DNA of 46,168 bases from a virus (IMGVR_UViG_3300032332_001684:1-46168); one strand, 5' to 3'; numbered from the stretch's first letter, positions 10,434 through 19,623 are shown. A program made the numbers and translations. The notes: generated from the letters alone by a model not told the origin.

Positions 10434-10455
10434 TCAGTGTTCAATAAATATTAGT

Positions 10456-11289
10456 ATGCAAAATTTACCAATCTATTTATACCAGAATAATCTTGACATA
10501 ATTTTAGATGCGGACCCGACTGTTAGAGGAGTTAATCAGGTCATGTACCAACGAGATCTTACCATCCAGAAAGGCGTAAAAAACCAAGTTAGAATACAGT
10601 TTAAAAACAGCGACCAGAAACGAATCTCTATCTATTCTACACAAACATACATATTCAGCATGTTTGATGCAATAGATCAACGACTCCTGATTGAAAAGCC
10701 ACTTGAAGTATTAACCGAAACTACCAGCACACGGGGAGTGGCACTGCTAACACTAACCGAAAGCGATACACTTAATCTCTCCCCTACCAGTTATCAATAC
10801 AGTGTCAAACGACTCGACAACGACGGCAGTTATATTCCAGCCTATACCAATACCTACTACGGAGTTGCTGGTACACTGAGACTAAAGGACGACATCTATC
10901 CTGTACTACAACCCAGTACCACCATTGCTAACTGGACAAAACTGTTTAATCCCAGTACACTAAAATACGAACACAGTTCAGGAAATATCTACGCCAATCC
11001 GGAATTCAACGGCAATAACGCACTACACACCATTGCCTTTTATCTCACAGCCTATCGTGGACAAGTCATTGTAGAAGGCTCACTGGATAATACTCCCAAC
11101 TCCGGAGATAACTTTGCGATCATATCCACACAGACCTACTCAGGATTTTCTGGAATTGAATACCAAAACTTCAACGGAGTATACTCCTACATCAGAGTGA
11201 GACATATTCCTGCTCAAGCACCGGCTGAACCCGACAACGACAACCCTGCCTACTACGGAAGATTTGACAAAGCACTGTATAGAAGTTAA
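10456..11289 (+). CDS. Hypothetical, probably late/virion protein
   Basis: AATAAATA late-type promoter at 10443-10450; Thr/Tyr/Asn-rich, beta-strand-like composition. Confidence 0.65.
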   Translation: MQNLPIYLYQNNLDIILDADPTVRGVNQVMYQRDLTIQKGVKNQVRIQFKNSDQKRISIYSTQTYIFSMFDAIDQRLLIEKPLEVLTETTSTRGVALLTLTESDTLNLSPTSYQYSVKRLDNDGSYIPAYTNTYYGVAGTLRLKDDIYPVLQPSTTIANWTKLFNPSTLKYEHSSGNIYANPEFNGNNALHTIAFYLTAYRGQVIVEGSLDNTPNSGDNFAIISTQTYSGFSGIEYQNFNGVYSYIRVRHIPAQAPAEPDNDNPAYYGRFDKALYRS

Positions 11290-11298
11290 AATAGTAGA

Positions 11299-12306
11299 AT
11301 GCAAGAAATTCATTCGGCTATTCAGGCTCTATTGCCTTCCCGGCGCAAAACCACTCCCAGTGGCTGGACCGCAGTTAATGCACCTTGCTGCCACCACAGA
11401 GGACATACCGTAGATACACGCCAACGCGGCGGAATAATACTGGCCCCTGACGGCGGATTTACTTTTCACTGCTTTAACTGCAACTTCAAAACCGGATGGC
11501 GCCCGGGAAATTTACTGAGTACCAATACTAGATCATTATTCCGCTGGTTGGGAATGAGCACCCAAGAAATACAAAAACTCAATTTCTTGGCCATGCGTAT
11601 ACAGACCACTGATACACCCACTCCGGCAGGCATAGTGTTTCATCTAGAACCAAGAACACTGCCCGACCAGGCTAAACCACTGGCCGAATGGATGCAATCC
11701 GCTGACTCAGAACAATCTGCACAGATACAACAGGTAGTTGATTATCTAACCGGACGTGGAATGAATCTTGATTGGTATAACTGGCACTGGAGCCCTATAT
11801 CCGGCTATCAGGATCGCGTGATCATACCATTCTATAACAATAGACAAATAATAGGCTGGACTGCTCGCAAAATTACCGAAGGCCGCCCAAAGTACCTTAC
11901 TTCCAGCCAACCCGGCTATGTGTTTAATCTAGACCAACAAACACAAGAATACGATAGACAATTTGTAGTTGTAGTGGAAGGACAGATGGACGCAATTGCT
12001 GTTGACGGTGTGGCCATCATGACCAACGAAGTCAACGCCACACAGGCTGCTAGAATTACTGCACTGAATCGACAGGTCATTGTGGTACCTGATCGAGACC
12101 GCGCCGGCGCTCGCATACTGAACGCAGCACTGACCCACGGTTGGGCAGTGAGCAATCCACCCTGGGAAAAACACATCAAAGACACTGCTGACGCAGTTAA
12201 TCACTACGGACGACTTTATACACTGACCACAATCCTACACTACCGCGACACCAATAAGATAAAAATACAACTACTGAAACGACAACTTGAAAGACTCAAT
12301 GGCTAA
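11299..12306 (+). CDS. DNA primase (zinc finger plus TOPRIM, gp61-like)
   Basis: PCC...HCFNC zinc-binding domain, RVIIPF, PKYL, VVEGQMDA, PDRD; upstream of the helicase. Confidence 0.88.
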   Translation: MQEIHSAIQALLPSRRKTTPSGWTAVNAPCCHHRGHTVDTRQRGGIILAPDGGFTFHCFNCNFKTGWRPGNLLSTNTRSLFRWLGMSTQEIQKLNFLAMRIQTTDTPTPAGIVFHLEPRTLPDQAKPLAEWMQSADSEQSAQIQQVVDYLTGRGMNLDWYNWHWSPISGYQDRVIIPFYNNRQIIGWTARKITEGRPKYLTSSQPGYVFNLDQQTQEYDRQFVVVVEGQMDAIAVDGVAIMTNEVNATQAARITALNRQVIVVPDRDRAGARILNAALTHGWAVSNPPWEKHIKDTADAVNHYGRLYTLTTILHYRDTNKIKIQLLKRQLERLNG

Positions 12307-13732
12307 TAAAACCGACTACAATTTAGAAGTACAAACCCTGTATCTGGAAATGTTTCTGTCAGACGCAGAAAGTTTTGCCCGCTGTCAAAATATTTTTGAT
12401 GCCGAAAACTTTGACCGCAGACTGGAAGAACCTGCTCGCTTTATACACCAATATGTGGATCAATACAAGGTCATGCCGGAACCGATAATTGTAAACTCCG
12501 CACTGGGCACTGCACTGAAAAAACTAGACTTGCCTGCAGAAAACTACGAATGGCTATTGGACCAATTTGAACAATTCAGTCGCCATCGCGGACTGGAACG
12601 TGCTATCCTAAAATCCGCAGACCTACTGGAATCCGGAGACTACGGTCCTGTAGAACGACTGATCAAAGACGCTATACAGATCAGCCTGAACAAAGACATG
12701 GGCACAGACTACTTTGCTGATCCTAGAGGCAGATTGACTCATCTCAAAGACAGCAACGGACAAATTTCAACCGGCTGGCCCAGCGTAGATAAAAAACTCT
12801 ACGGCGGATTCAATCGCGGAGAACTAAACATATTTGCAGCAGCATCGGGCGGCGGCAAAAGCCTGTTCCTGGCCAATATGGGCGTGAACTGGGCCATGGC
12901 TGGACTCAATGTAATATACCTGACTTTTGAACTGAGCGAAGAACTGGTGGCCATGCGACTGGACAGCATGATCACCGGTATTGGTACACGAGAAATATTT
13001 CGCAACATTGACGATGTGGAACTTAGAGTTAAAATGATGCAAAAACGTGCGGGAAGTATACAGATCAAGTATTTGCCCAGTGGGAAAAATTGCAACGATA
13101 TTCGCGCCTATTTGAAGGAATATCAGGTCAAAAAAGGTCAAAAACCTGACGTTTTGTTAATAGATTACCTGGATTTGATGATGCCTTTAAGCGTGAAGGT
13201 ATCGCCCAGTGATCTGTTTGTTAAAGACAAATATGTGTCTGAAGAAATTAGAAATCTTGCAATGGAAACCCAATGCATTACCGTGACAGCATCGCAACTT
13301 AATCGCAGCGCAGTTGAAGAAATTGAATTTGATCACAGCCATATCAGCGGCGGACTATCCAAGATCATGACCGCAGACAACGTGGTTGGAATCTTTACCA
13401 GCCGCGCTATGAAAGAACGCGGACGCTATCAAATCCAATTTATGAAAACTAGATCCAGCAGCGGTGTGGGTCAAAAGGTCGATTTGGAATTTAATCTGGA
13501 TACTCTACGTATATCAGACCTGGGTGAAGACGAAGAATCCAACTCATCGGCTTCTCCTGCTACAACAGCCTACACAAATCTCAAACGCACCAGCACTACC
13601 ACATCAACAACTGCAGAAATTCCAGTGAATCCCAACTCGGGCGCCAATAAACTACCACGTCCTGCTGCTCCTCGCAGCGGTGCAGATATACGCACTATAT
13701 TGGCTTCATTCAGCCCTGAAAAAGATTCTTAG
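12299..13732 (+). CDS. Replicative helicase, DnaB/T4 gp41-like
   Basis: ISTGW, AASGGGKS, TFELSE, LIDYLDLM, TASQLNR, TADNV. Confidence 0.92.
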   Translation: MANKTDYNLEVQTLYLEMFLSDAESFARCQNIFDAENFDRRLEEPARFIHQYVDQYKVMPEPIIVNSALGTALKKLDLPAENYEWLLDQFEQFSRHRGLERAILKSADLLESGDYGPVERLIKDAIQISLNKDMGTDYFADPRGRLTHLKDSNGQISTGWPSVDKKLYGGFNRGELNIFAAASGGGKSLFLANMGVNWAMAGLNVIYLTFELSEELVAMRLDSMITGIGTREIFRNIDDVELRVKMMQKRAGSIQIKYLPSGKNCNDIRAYLKEYQVKKGQKPDVLLIDYLDLMMPLSVKVSPSDLFVKDKYVSEEIRNLAMETQCITVTASQLNRSAVEEIEFDHSHISGGLSKIMTADNVVGIFTSRAMKERGRYQIQFMKTRSSSGVGQKVDLEFNLDTLRISDLGEDEESNSSASPATTAYTNLKRTSTTTSTTAEIPVNPNSGANKLPRPAAPRSGADIRTILASFSPEKDS

Positions 13733-14295
13733 AACCAAATGGCAATCTGCTGACGAGCATGCGCCTCTAATACACAATGCCACTGCTCTTGATCATCCTG
13801 ATCAAATACCAACTCGCGAGTGGCCCTGACCAAACTCCAACTGCTTTCTACTGCACCCCAGGTAACTTCTCCGGCAATTTCACAATCTAACTGACCTGCA
13901 GGCCATCGCGTAAAACCGGCCACAGCACGAAACTGCTCAGGCCCTTCACCACTACTGATTGCTGCCAGTATGCTGACATCATTGCTGTAACCAATGTCGT
14001 CCGTGACCTGCACGGTACCACTGGTGGACCAATCCATGGTATGTACCACTATGATACGATTGGTGTTTTCTGTTCCACCTACATACAACGGCTGATCCAC
14101 TTCTATATTGAATCCCATGTTGTTCATTACACTGCCAATGGTGATGCCGGTGTTGATGGGTCGATTGATCTGAAACCCTATACTGCCAGCCAGATCATGC
14201 TCCACTACCAACACAACCCCTCCGCGCAGTAGACTTTCTCTACGTCGAGGATGCGCTCCCAACAACTGCCCTTGATAAGTTTCCATTTCTGTCAT
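13729..14295 (-). CDS. YqgE/AlgH (DUF179) family protein
   Basis: GQLL, VVLVVEH..GSIGFQINRP, LYVGG, FRAVAGFTRW..GQLDCEI. Confidence 0.8.
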   Translation of the reverse strand: MTEMETYQGQLLGAHPRRRESLLRGGVVLVVEHDLAGSIGFQINRPINTGITIGSVMNNMGFNIEVDQPLYVGGTENTNRIIVVHTMDWSTSGTVQVTDDIGYSNDVSILAAISSGEGPEQFRAVAGFTRWPAGQLDCEIAGEVTWGAVESSWSLVRATRELVFDQDDQEQWHCVLEAHARQQIAIWF

Positions 14296-14324
14296 ATAGA
14301 TATTTACTCAATAAATAATCTATC

Positions 14325-15020
14325 ATGCAGATACTTGAACTGATCAGCCCCACCCGTACAGAACATGCCAAACTGAATCCATTGCTGTGGACATCAGACC
14401 GTCACTTGATTCCCCAGGTGAAATCCACACTGATAAAAATAGCACGGCACTTTCAACAATTTGTAGACATAGACTTTCCGGTGATAGACCTACAGATCAC
14501 CGGAGGACAGACCACACGATACTATACAGATCACAGCGACTTGGATCTGCACTTGATCACTGACTACAGTCAAATAGACTGCGACCAAGAACTGGCCGAA
14601 CTGTTTGATACCAAACGACTGCTGTATCGCCAACAACATGAGATCCATATACACAAAATTCCTGTGGAACTCTACATAGAAGATCTAAAACAACCCGCAG
14701 CCGGCGGCGCTTACAGCATCGTTGACCTGGAGTGGATTAGACCCAGTCCAGAACCTGACCATCAACCCAACAACCAAAAAATTGAACAACTGGCCAGTGT
14801 ATGGGACCAAAACCTACGTGCTGCACTGGATCACAGAGATCTCACCATACTGAAAGAACTACACACACTGCTGCAACAGTATCGCCGCCGAGGCCTAGCA
14901 CAACAGGGCGAATACGCCCAAGCCAATTTGGTTTTTAAAACACTGCGCAATTCCGGAATAGTGGACCAACTGAGATCCACAATACGACACTTGGAAGACC
15001 AAAAACTCAGCCTAGATTAA
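14325..15020 (+). CDS. Pol-beta superfamily nucleotidyltransferase
   Basis: ITGG...YT.HSDLDLH signature plus VELYIE; AATAAATA late-type promoter at 14310-14317. Confidence 0.7.
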   Translation: MQILELISPTRTEHAKLNPLLWTSDRHLIPQVKSTLIKIARHFQQFVDIDFPVIDLQITGGQTTRYYTDHSDLDLHLITDYSQIDCDQELAELFDTKRLLYRQQHEIHIHKIPVELYIEDLKQPAAGGAYSIVDLEWIRPSPEPDHQPNNQKIEQLASVWDQNLRAALDHRDLTILKELHTLLQQYRRRGLAQQGEYAQANLVFKTLRNSGIVDQLRSTIRHLEDQKLSLD

Positions 15021-15282
15021 CCAACACACGGCGCAGCCGCCAGCGGAAAATTTTTTTCACACCAAAATAATCACCCAAGATAATCATCGCGCCCATAAAA
15101 AACGGCAGGATTACTCCCACCGTAGTTGATGTGCTGCCATGACCCGGTCGCGTATGTGTTGTAATCTTTCCAATATCCACTCAGGTAAATCATCATCATG
15201 TACCACTGTGGCATGACGATAACCTACCTGTAGATCTAGATCCTCAACTGTGATACCGGAATCATCCGAGTCCCAACAGAAC

Positions 15283-15495
15283 TTACTTGGCTGCGGGAGT
15301 GGTAACTGGCGCAGCAGCCTTTGCGTCGACTTTGGCAGGAGCCTTGTCTTCACTTTTGGCAGGCTTGGCTTCGACCTTGGGTGCAGCAACTGGAGTTGTA
15401 GCGGCAGCAGCAGGTGCAGCAGGTGCCTTGGCTGGCTCAGAGGCAAAAGCAGTGGTGGCAATCAGTCCGGCGATTAGGGTAGCGATGGTTTTCAT
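15283..15495 (-). CDS. Small secreted Ala/Pro/Lys-rich protein
   Basis: MKTIATLIAGLIATTAFA signal peptide, low-complexity APAK tail and AAGGA RBS. Confidence 0.7.
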   Translation of the reverse strand: MKTIATLIAGLIATTAFASEPAKAPAAPAAAATTPVAAPKVEAKPAKSEDKAPAKVDAKAAAPVTTPAAK

Positions 15496-15600
15496 AAGGT
15501 TTTCCTTTAAATTTAACAGCACACAGAACTTTCTGTGCGTACTTATATTAACGCTGTAGTTAACGATCCCGTTGACTGATTTGGCAATATTGATCAAAAT

Positions 15601-15622
15601 AATAGGCTCCGAAGAGCCTATT
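15601..15622 (-). terminator. Intrinsic terminator downstream of the tmRNA gene
   Basis: 9-bp stem AATAGGCTC-cgaa-GAGCCTATT, followed by ATTTT on the minus strand. Confidence 0.7.
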
Positions 15623-15875
15623 ACTGGTGGGTTATTTTACAGAGTCTTTCCTACTCCGCAGAGATCACGCTGCTAGGCGTGTTTCTCCGAAAAATGCGTC
15701 ATTTGCATTTACTCTTTTTGCTTGGATTACGTCCATCGCCTTTCGTGTTGTCTACTCATCTACTCATCCGTCAATCGATACCATGGCGGTCCCCCTGATT
15801 TGGAACCGTCGGGAGTCGAACCCGAGTCTTGCCCGTCTTTGGACTTGCTTCTTTCCTTACGGTCTTTACAACAAT
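15623..15875 (-). ncRNA. ssrA: tmRNA, circularly permuted (two-piece) gene; tag ANDAFFGETRLAA
   Basis: On the minus strand the T-arm TCGGG-TTCGACT-CCCGA and 3' acceptor strand CGGTTCC-A (15801-15825) come before the 5' acceptor strand GGGACCG (15787-15793). The stem has a G3:U70 pair. GTAAAT precedes the GCA resume codon (15704-15706) and the tag stops at TGA (15665-15667). Outer ends are approximate. Confidence 0.9.
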
Positions 15876-15878
15876 TCT

Positions 15879-16190
15879 TTACTGGCGCACCAACACTTCT
15901 TGTGCTACGCCATTGACTATCATGACTTGTCTGACATACGCCGTTCCATCAATGTATACAACTCCAGGCTGCGGAACATACACTGGTGGCTGCTGTACTA
16001 TTACAGGATCAGGTCTGGTCAACCCATATACCACAGCACCGCCAATAATGGCAGGTGCGACCCAGTTCCAATCGCTTCGCGGAGCCGGACGATGGTGATG
16101 GTCAAAATGACGCATGCCATGATGGTGTTGTGCATGTGCCACAGGTGCAGACAATAATCCGATAAATGCTGTTAGAACAACTGCTCGCAT
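15879..16190 (-). CDS. Small exported or membrane-associated His/Pro-rich protein
   Basis: Signal peptide MRAVVLTAFIGLLSAPVAHA, then WVAPAIIGGAVVYGL and a PPVYV stretch; AGGAG RBS. Confidence 0.7.
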   Translation of the reverse strand: MRAVVLTAFIGLLSAPVAHAQHHHGMRHFDHHHRPAPRSDWNWVAPAIIGGAVVYGLTRPDPVIVQQPPVYVPQPGVVYIDGTAYVRQVMIVNGVAQEVLVRQ

Positions 16191-16316
16191 TGAAAATCTC
16201 CTGAAGATATATACAATATATTTACACAAAACCACAGTCGTGTCAACCAGGATCTTGTTACTACACCCCGTACTACTGATAATTACTGTAGAAATACAAA
16301 ACCACAAAGGATCAAC

Positions 16317-16532
16317 ATGTTTCTAAGCCTAACCAATGCTAATCCACAGCACAGAGGAACTCGCGTGGCCATTGACCGTAAACTGGTGGTCAGTGTACAC
16401 AACAGCATGGTCACTCGTGATGATGACACTGTGGAATCAGTGACCTTTCTGTTCTGCCCGCCACACGGCACTTGGGAAGTGTTGGAATCCTTCGAAGATG
16501 TACTGGAACAACTCAACAGCACAGATTGGTAA
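16317..16532 (+). CDS. Small hypothetical protein, FlbD-like pattern
   Basis: MFLSLT..G..VAI...V.SV ... WEVLESFEDVL pattern; AAGGA RBS. Confidence 0.6.
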   Translation: MFLSLTNANPQHRGTRVAIDRKLVVSVHNSMVTRDDDTVESVTFLFCPPHGTWEVLESFEDVLEQLNSTDW

Positions 16533-16570
16533 TCCCAGTCTATAGATCAGATGAATAAAATATATGCGAA

Positions 16571-17326
16571 TTAAACCAATGACCTAATGTAAACTCTACT
16601 GGGATCGTTGTAAATTCTGGGTACACGCTTGAGAAGATAAATCCCCTGATCCCTGAGCTGATCAATGCGTTCAGGACTGGACGGATTGTGATCCCAATGA
16701 TTGTATTTGGCAAATCCGATCATTTGATCCGGAGGCACATGTTTGAACAAGTATGCTCCATACAAAAATTCTTCCGAACCGTGCCCTCGACTGCGATTTC
16801 TATTGGTATCCGCAAAAAAATCCATCATGTTGAAAAATATGTCGGTGCGATAAAACATACCATCGTGATTGCTTTGGAATCGAAAATATTCTCTACCTAT
16901 AACATCCAACATGATGTCGCAGTGCTGATCTGTACAGTTGCAGTTCATATCTCGCCCAGTCTTGATGTCGAGTGGTCCTCTTTCAAAGTACCCAGCGTGA
17001 TACTGACATGCAAAGTCATAGAAATCGTGACGTATAAACATCTGATTACTGGCCGGCGTGACTACATACTGTGACTGTATGCCATGTGTACGTATATAAT
17101 CCCAAAGTTCTATATGATAAGGGATCAAAGACCCTACTTGCCCGTTGGGAACAGATCGATTTACTATGTGTACATGTGGACCAGATATGTCATCAAAATT
17201 TTCGTTGTGTATACCATTGCTGATTACCACACACACATCACGATTGAATTTGAAAATGTTTTCTACATTGTCCACAACACAGTCTCTGGCTTCATGGCAA
17301 GTTAATAGTACTAGTAGTTTATACAT
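16571..17326 (-). CDS. Putative glycosyltransferase-like protein
   Basis: N-terminal hydrophobic strand then HE, SNQMFI, EEF and KRV.R motifs; perfect TATAAATA at 17355-17362 on the minus strand. Confidence 0.5.
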   Translation of the reverse strand: MYKLLVLLTCHEARDCVVDNVENIFKFNRDVCVVISNGIHNENFDDISGPHVHIVNRSVPNGQVGSLIPYHIELWDYIRTHGIQSQYVVTPASNQMFIRHDFYDFACQYHAGYFERGPLDIKTGRDMNCNCTDQHCDIMLDVIGREYFRFQSNHDGMFYRTDIFFNMMDFFADTNRNRSRGHGSEEFLYGAYLFKHVPPDQMIGFAKYNHWDHNPSSPERIDQLRDQGIYLLKRVPRIYNDPSRVYIRSLV

Positions 17327-17377
17327 AATAGAATACCTCGATATAGTGTGTGATTATTTATACACATGAGTATGGCA

Positions 17378-17512
17378 GGGGTCTATAAGGCAGGCAAAAA
17401 ATTTACTGCGCAAAATTTTTAGATCCCAGACCCTTACCACAGTGGGGGATTTTGAGTACACTGTGGTGAGGGGTCTATACAGTATTGGAAAAATTTGCTG
17501 CGCAATTTTTTT
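17378..17512. repeat. Direct repeats of A/T-tract palindromes around a long hairpin
   Basis: GGGGTCTATA at 17378 and 17470; AAAAATTTRCTGCGCAA(A)TTTTT at about 17397 and 17489; hairpin arms 17428-17444 and 17459-17476. Confidence 0.75.
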
Positions 17513-17615
17513 AAGGTGCGGAGATCTCCACCCCAGGCCGTTCTAATCTAACCCAACTTTTTTTGCATGCGGTTTGTTGCGTGTGCGCAACAGTTTTGTT
17601 TTTACTGCCCCCCCG

Positions 17616-17676
17616 TGTTGCTAGAATCTCACACCCCCGGCACTCCCTTGACAGTCTGGCCCACCTGCCGTATACT
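17616..17676 (+). promoter_or_regulatory. Sigma70 early promoter with upstream 18-bp box
   Basis: TTGACA (17648), 17-bp spacer, TATACT (17671); box TGTTGCTAGAATCTCACA at 17616-17633. Confidence 0.85.
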
Positions 17677-17682
17677 ACGTGC

Positions 17683-18036
17683 ATGGATACCACAACAGCA
17701 CAGCCCAAAGCAGCGGCCCGCAAGCGGCGTAGCGATCGTAACCACATCATTTACGAACTCATCGTAAATGGGCTGAACTACATTGGCGTTACTGCCAAGA
17801 CTGAGTCAACAGTGCTAAAGAGTGTACAAGTACGTGCCAACAAGCATTGGTATCGTGCGCAAAAGGAAAACAAGGACTGGAGTCTTTGTGTTGCGTTACG
17901 CGAATTGTCTAGCAAAGATCTCATTGAGATCCGTGTGCATGAGATTGTGCGTGGTAAGGCTGCGGCGCATCGGCGTGAAGTAGAAATCCGTCGTGCGCTC
18001 CGCCCTGTACTCAATACCGATGTGCGTGGGGATTAA
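17683..18036 (+). CDS. GIY-YIG family nuclease-like protein
   Basis: IIY-x8-YIG, conserved R..H, late E and terminal LN. The start lies 7 nt after the -10 box, so it may be leaderless. Confidence 0.7.
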   Translation: MDTTTAQPKAAARKRRSDRNHIIYELIVNGLNYIGVTAKTESTVLKSVQVRANKHWYRAQKENKDWSLCVALRELSSKDLIEIRVHEIVRGKAAAHRREVEIRRALRPVLNTDVRGD

Positions 18037-18236
18037 TCCTCTGTTGTAACTGGGTCCGGTTCGGACTCGCTTCTTACTATATATCCTGCCAATCTCTGGT
18101 CTGCCTTTCGGCGACTGAGAGCCGAACCTACGGCGTAGATCCTTGGGTAGTGATGTCCGCAATAACTGGCATCCGGTAGTACTGTGTGGTTGCAGCCTTC
18201 GCCCTGCCCAATCCATTGGCATGTAGTGAACATCAT
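18033..18236 (-). CDS. Small Cys/His protein resembling the GcrA C-terminal domain
   Basis: TCQWIG...C........SYCGHHY..IY pattern. Confidence 0.5.
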   Translation of the reverse strand: MMFTTCQWIGQGEGCNHTVLPDASYCGHHYPRIYAVGSALSRRKADQRLAGYIVRSESEPDPVTTED

Positions 18237-18496
18237 GATTCCGTCTCTTCTGCTTTGAGTTGACGGATAATGCGATTGCGATCTGCTTCGCTCATATTGA
18301 CTATCATTTCTATTCCTGCTTCCATTCCTGCGCTGTGTGCCAGAAACTCCATTAGTAAGGTCAGTGCAAAGATTGATCCCAGTGCCCAAAAGTGTTCGCC
18401 ACCGAGATCAAGTCCTAGTACGTACAGAGTGAATATCATAGTCAACAAGGCAGCCAGCCTCGCTGTTTGTCTGCTGCCTACGTTGATTTGAATCAT
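18233..18496 (-). CDS. Small membrane protein (two TM helices)
   Basis: Two hydrophobic stretches; ATGA overlap with the next gene. Confidence 0.65.
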   Translation of the reverse strand: MIQINVGSRQTARLAALLTMIFTLYVLGLDLGGEHFWALGSIFALTLLMEFLAHSAGMEAGIEMIVNMSEADRNRIIRQLKAEETES

Positions 18497-18507
18497 GTTG
18501 TATCCTG

Positions 18508-19371
18508 TTATGCTCGACGCATGCAAGTGGTACGAGCCATTGCTTGCCAGTTGGTTGGAAAGCCGCCTCGCAGGTCTGCAATCTTCAGTACCATACGCAG
18601 GCTGAGTTCGCGCAGTCGGTTTTGGTTCTCGTCGATAAATGCAACGATCTCGTCCTTTGCAATGTCGCTGAGGTTGTCCCTATCGTCCAGCATGCCGCCC
18701 TTAACGATCTGTCGGATACGTAGGATCTTCTCCCTATTGGTATCCATCTGCAGATCAATGTAGTGGCAACGTGACTCTAGTGCGTCCAAGTGATCACGCA
18801 GTTTCTTGCTCTTAATGTGTTCAAACTTGATGTTGGTGATAAAGATGGCACTGCCGCAGAACTCAAAGCGATTGGGAATGCCTTCACTACGTAGGATGCG
18901 GCTGTCAGTATTCCAACTGATAAAGCGTCGACGACTTGAGTCCAGTGCGCCTTTCAGGATGTTGAGGCTCAGGTCTTCTAGTAGGATGCTGTCGCAATCG
19001 TCAAACACAACCACATTGCCCTTTGCTGAGTATTCAAACAGTTTGCCATACAGCCCGATTGCTGACATAGCGCCTTTAACAATCTCAAACTTGGGTTTGC
19101 GTTCTGCCAACTTGTTGAACAGGTCTTCTTTTTGCAGTACTGCTTCAACGTTATGGCTTTTGCCCACGCCTGGAGGACCGCTTACAATCATTGCGCGGAT
19201 ATCGCCGGACTTGACGGCTTTGGTCATGTCAGTAAGGATATCAAAGCGTTCTTGCAGTCGGGTTAGGATCTGTTCATCAGTTTCACGTGCCACTTCGCGT
19301 TCGCGTCGTTTAATGGCTTCCGTATCGAATTCAAGTACTGTGGAGCCTTTGCTGGATTTTGCTGTTGCCAT
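18508..19371 (-). CDS. AAA+ family ATPase
   Basis: Walker A GPPGVGKS, Walker B VVVFDDCD, sensor IFITN, Arg finger ALESRC. Confidence 0.85.
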   Translation of the reverse strand: MATAKSSKGSTVLEFDTEAIKRREREVARETDEQILTRLQERFDILTDMTKAVKSGDIRAMIVSGPPGVGKSHNVEAVLQKEDLFNKLAERKPKFEIVKGAMSAIGLYGKLFEYSAKGNVVVFDDCDSILLEDLSLNILKGALDSSRRRFISWNTDSRILRSEGIPNRFEFCGSAIFITNIKFEHIKSKKLRDHLDALESRCHYIDLQMDTNREKILRIRQIVKGGMLDDRDNLSDIAKDEIVAFIDENQNRLRELSLRMVLKIADLRGGFPTNWQAMARTTCMRRA

Positions 19372-19407
19372 GTTGTATTCTCTAGTAGGTAGTAGCGTAG
19401 TATACGA

Positions 19408-19623
19408 TTATTTAAGTAGATTGTCAAGCACATGTTGTGCCAATTCCACATCTGCGTAGTCTTGGATTTGTTCGTCGTAGTGAGCAGCAATCATCAGTTG
19501 ATATACAGTGAAGGCTGGGCGACCGTATTCAGCAATCACTGCCTGTACTTGGTCATTGTCCTGGCAGGACCATATCATGTCAGCCAGTATTTGGTACAGT
19601 GGATTCAGGCCGTGTATTTCCAT
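19408..19623 (-). CDS. Hypothetical early protein
   Basis: 71-aa ORF coupled to the upstream gene (TAATG). Confidence 0.65.
   Translation of the reverse strand: MEIHGLNPLYQILADMIWSCQDNDQVQAVIAEYGRPAFTVYQLMIAAHYDEQIQDYADVELAQHVLDNLLK

Noticed and set aside
2698-13732. Inteins or self-splicing introns in uvsX, uvsW, primase or helicase
   Set aside because: Protein lengths are normal, motifs are contiguous, and no C...HN splice junctions or frame breaks were seen.
15111-15461. 116-aa minus-strand ORF
   Set aside because: Its 5' part is an alternate frame of 15283..15495. The last ~55 codons might be a real small gene, but I could not find a convincing start or RBS.
15627-16157. 176-aa plus-strand ORF and the nested ORFs 15722..15916 and 15829..16098
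   Set aside because: They are antisense to the tmRNA gene and to the minus-strand gene 15879..16190, with no RBS or recognisable motif.
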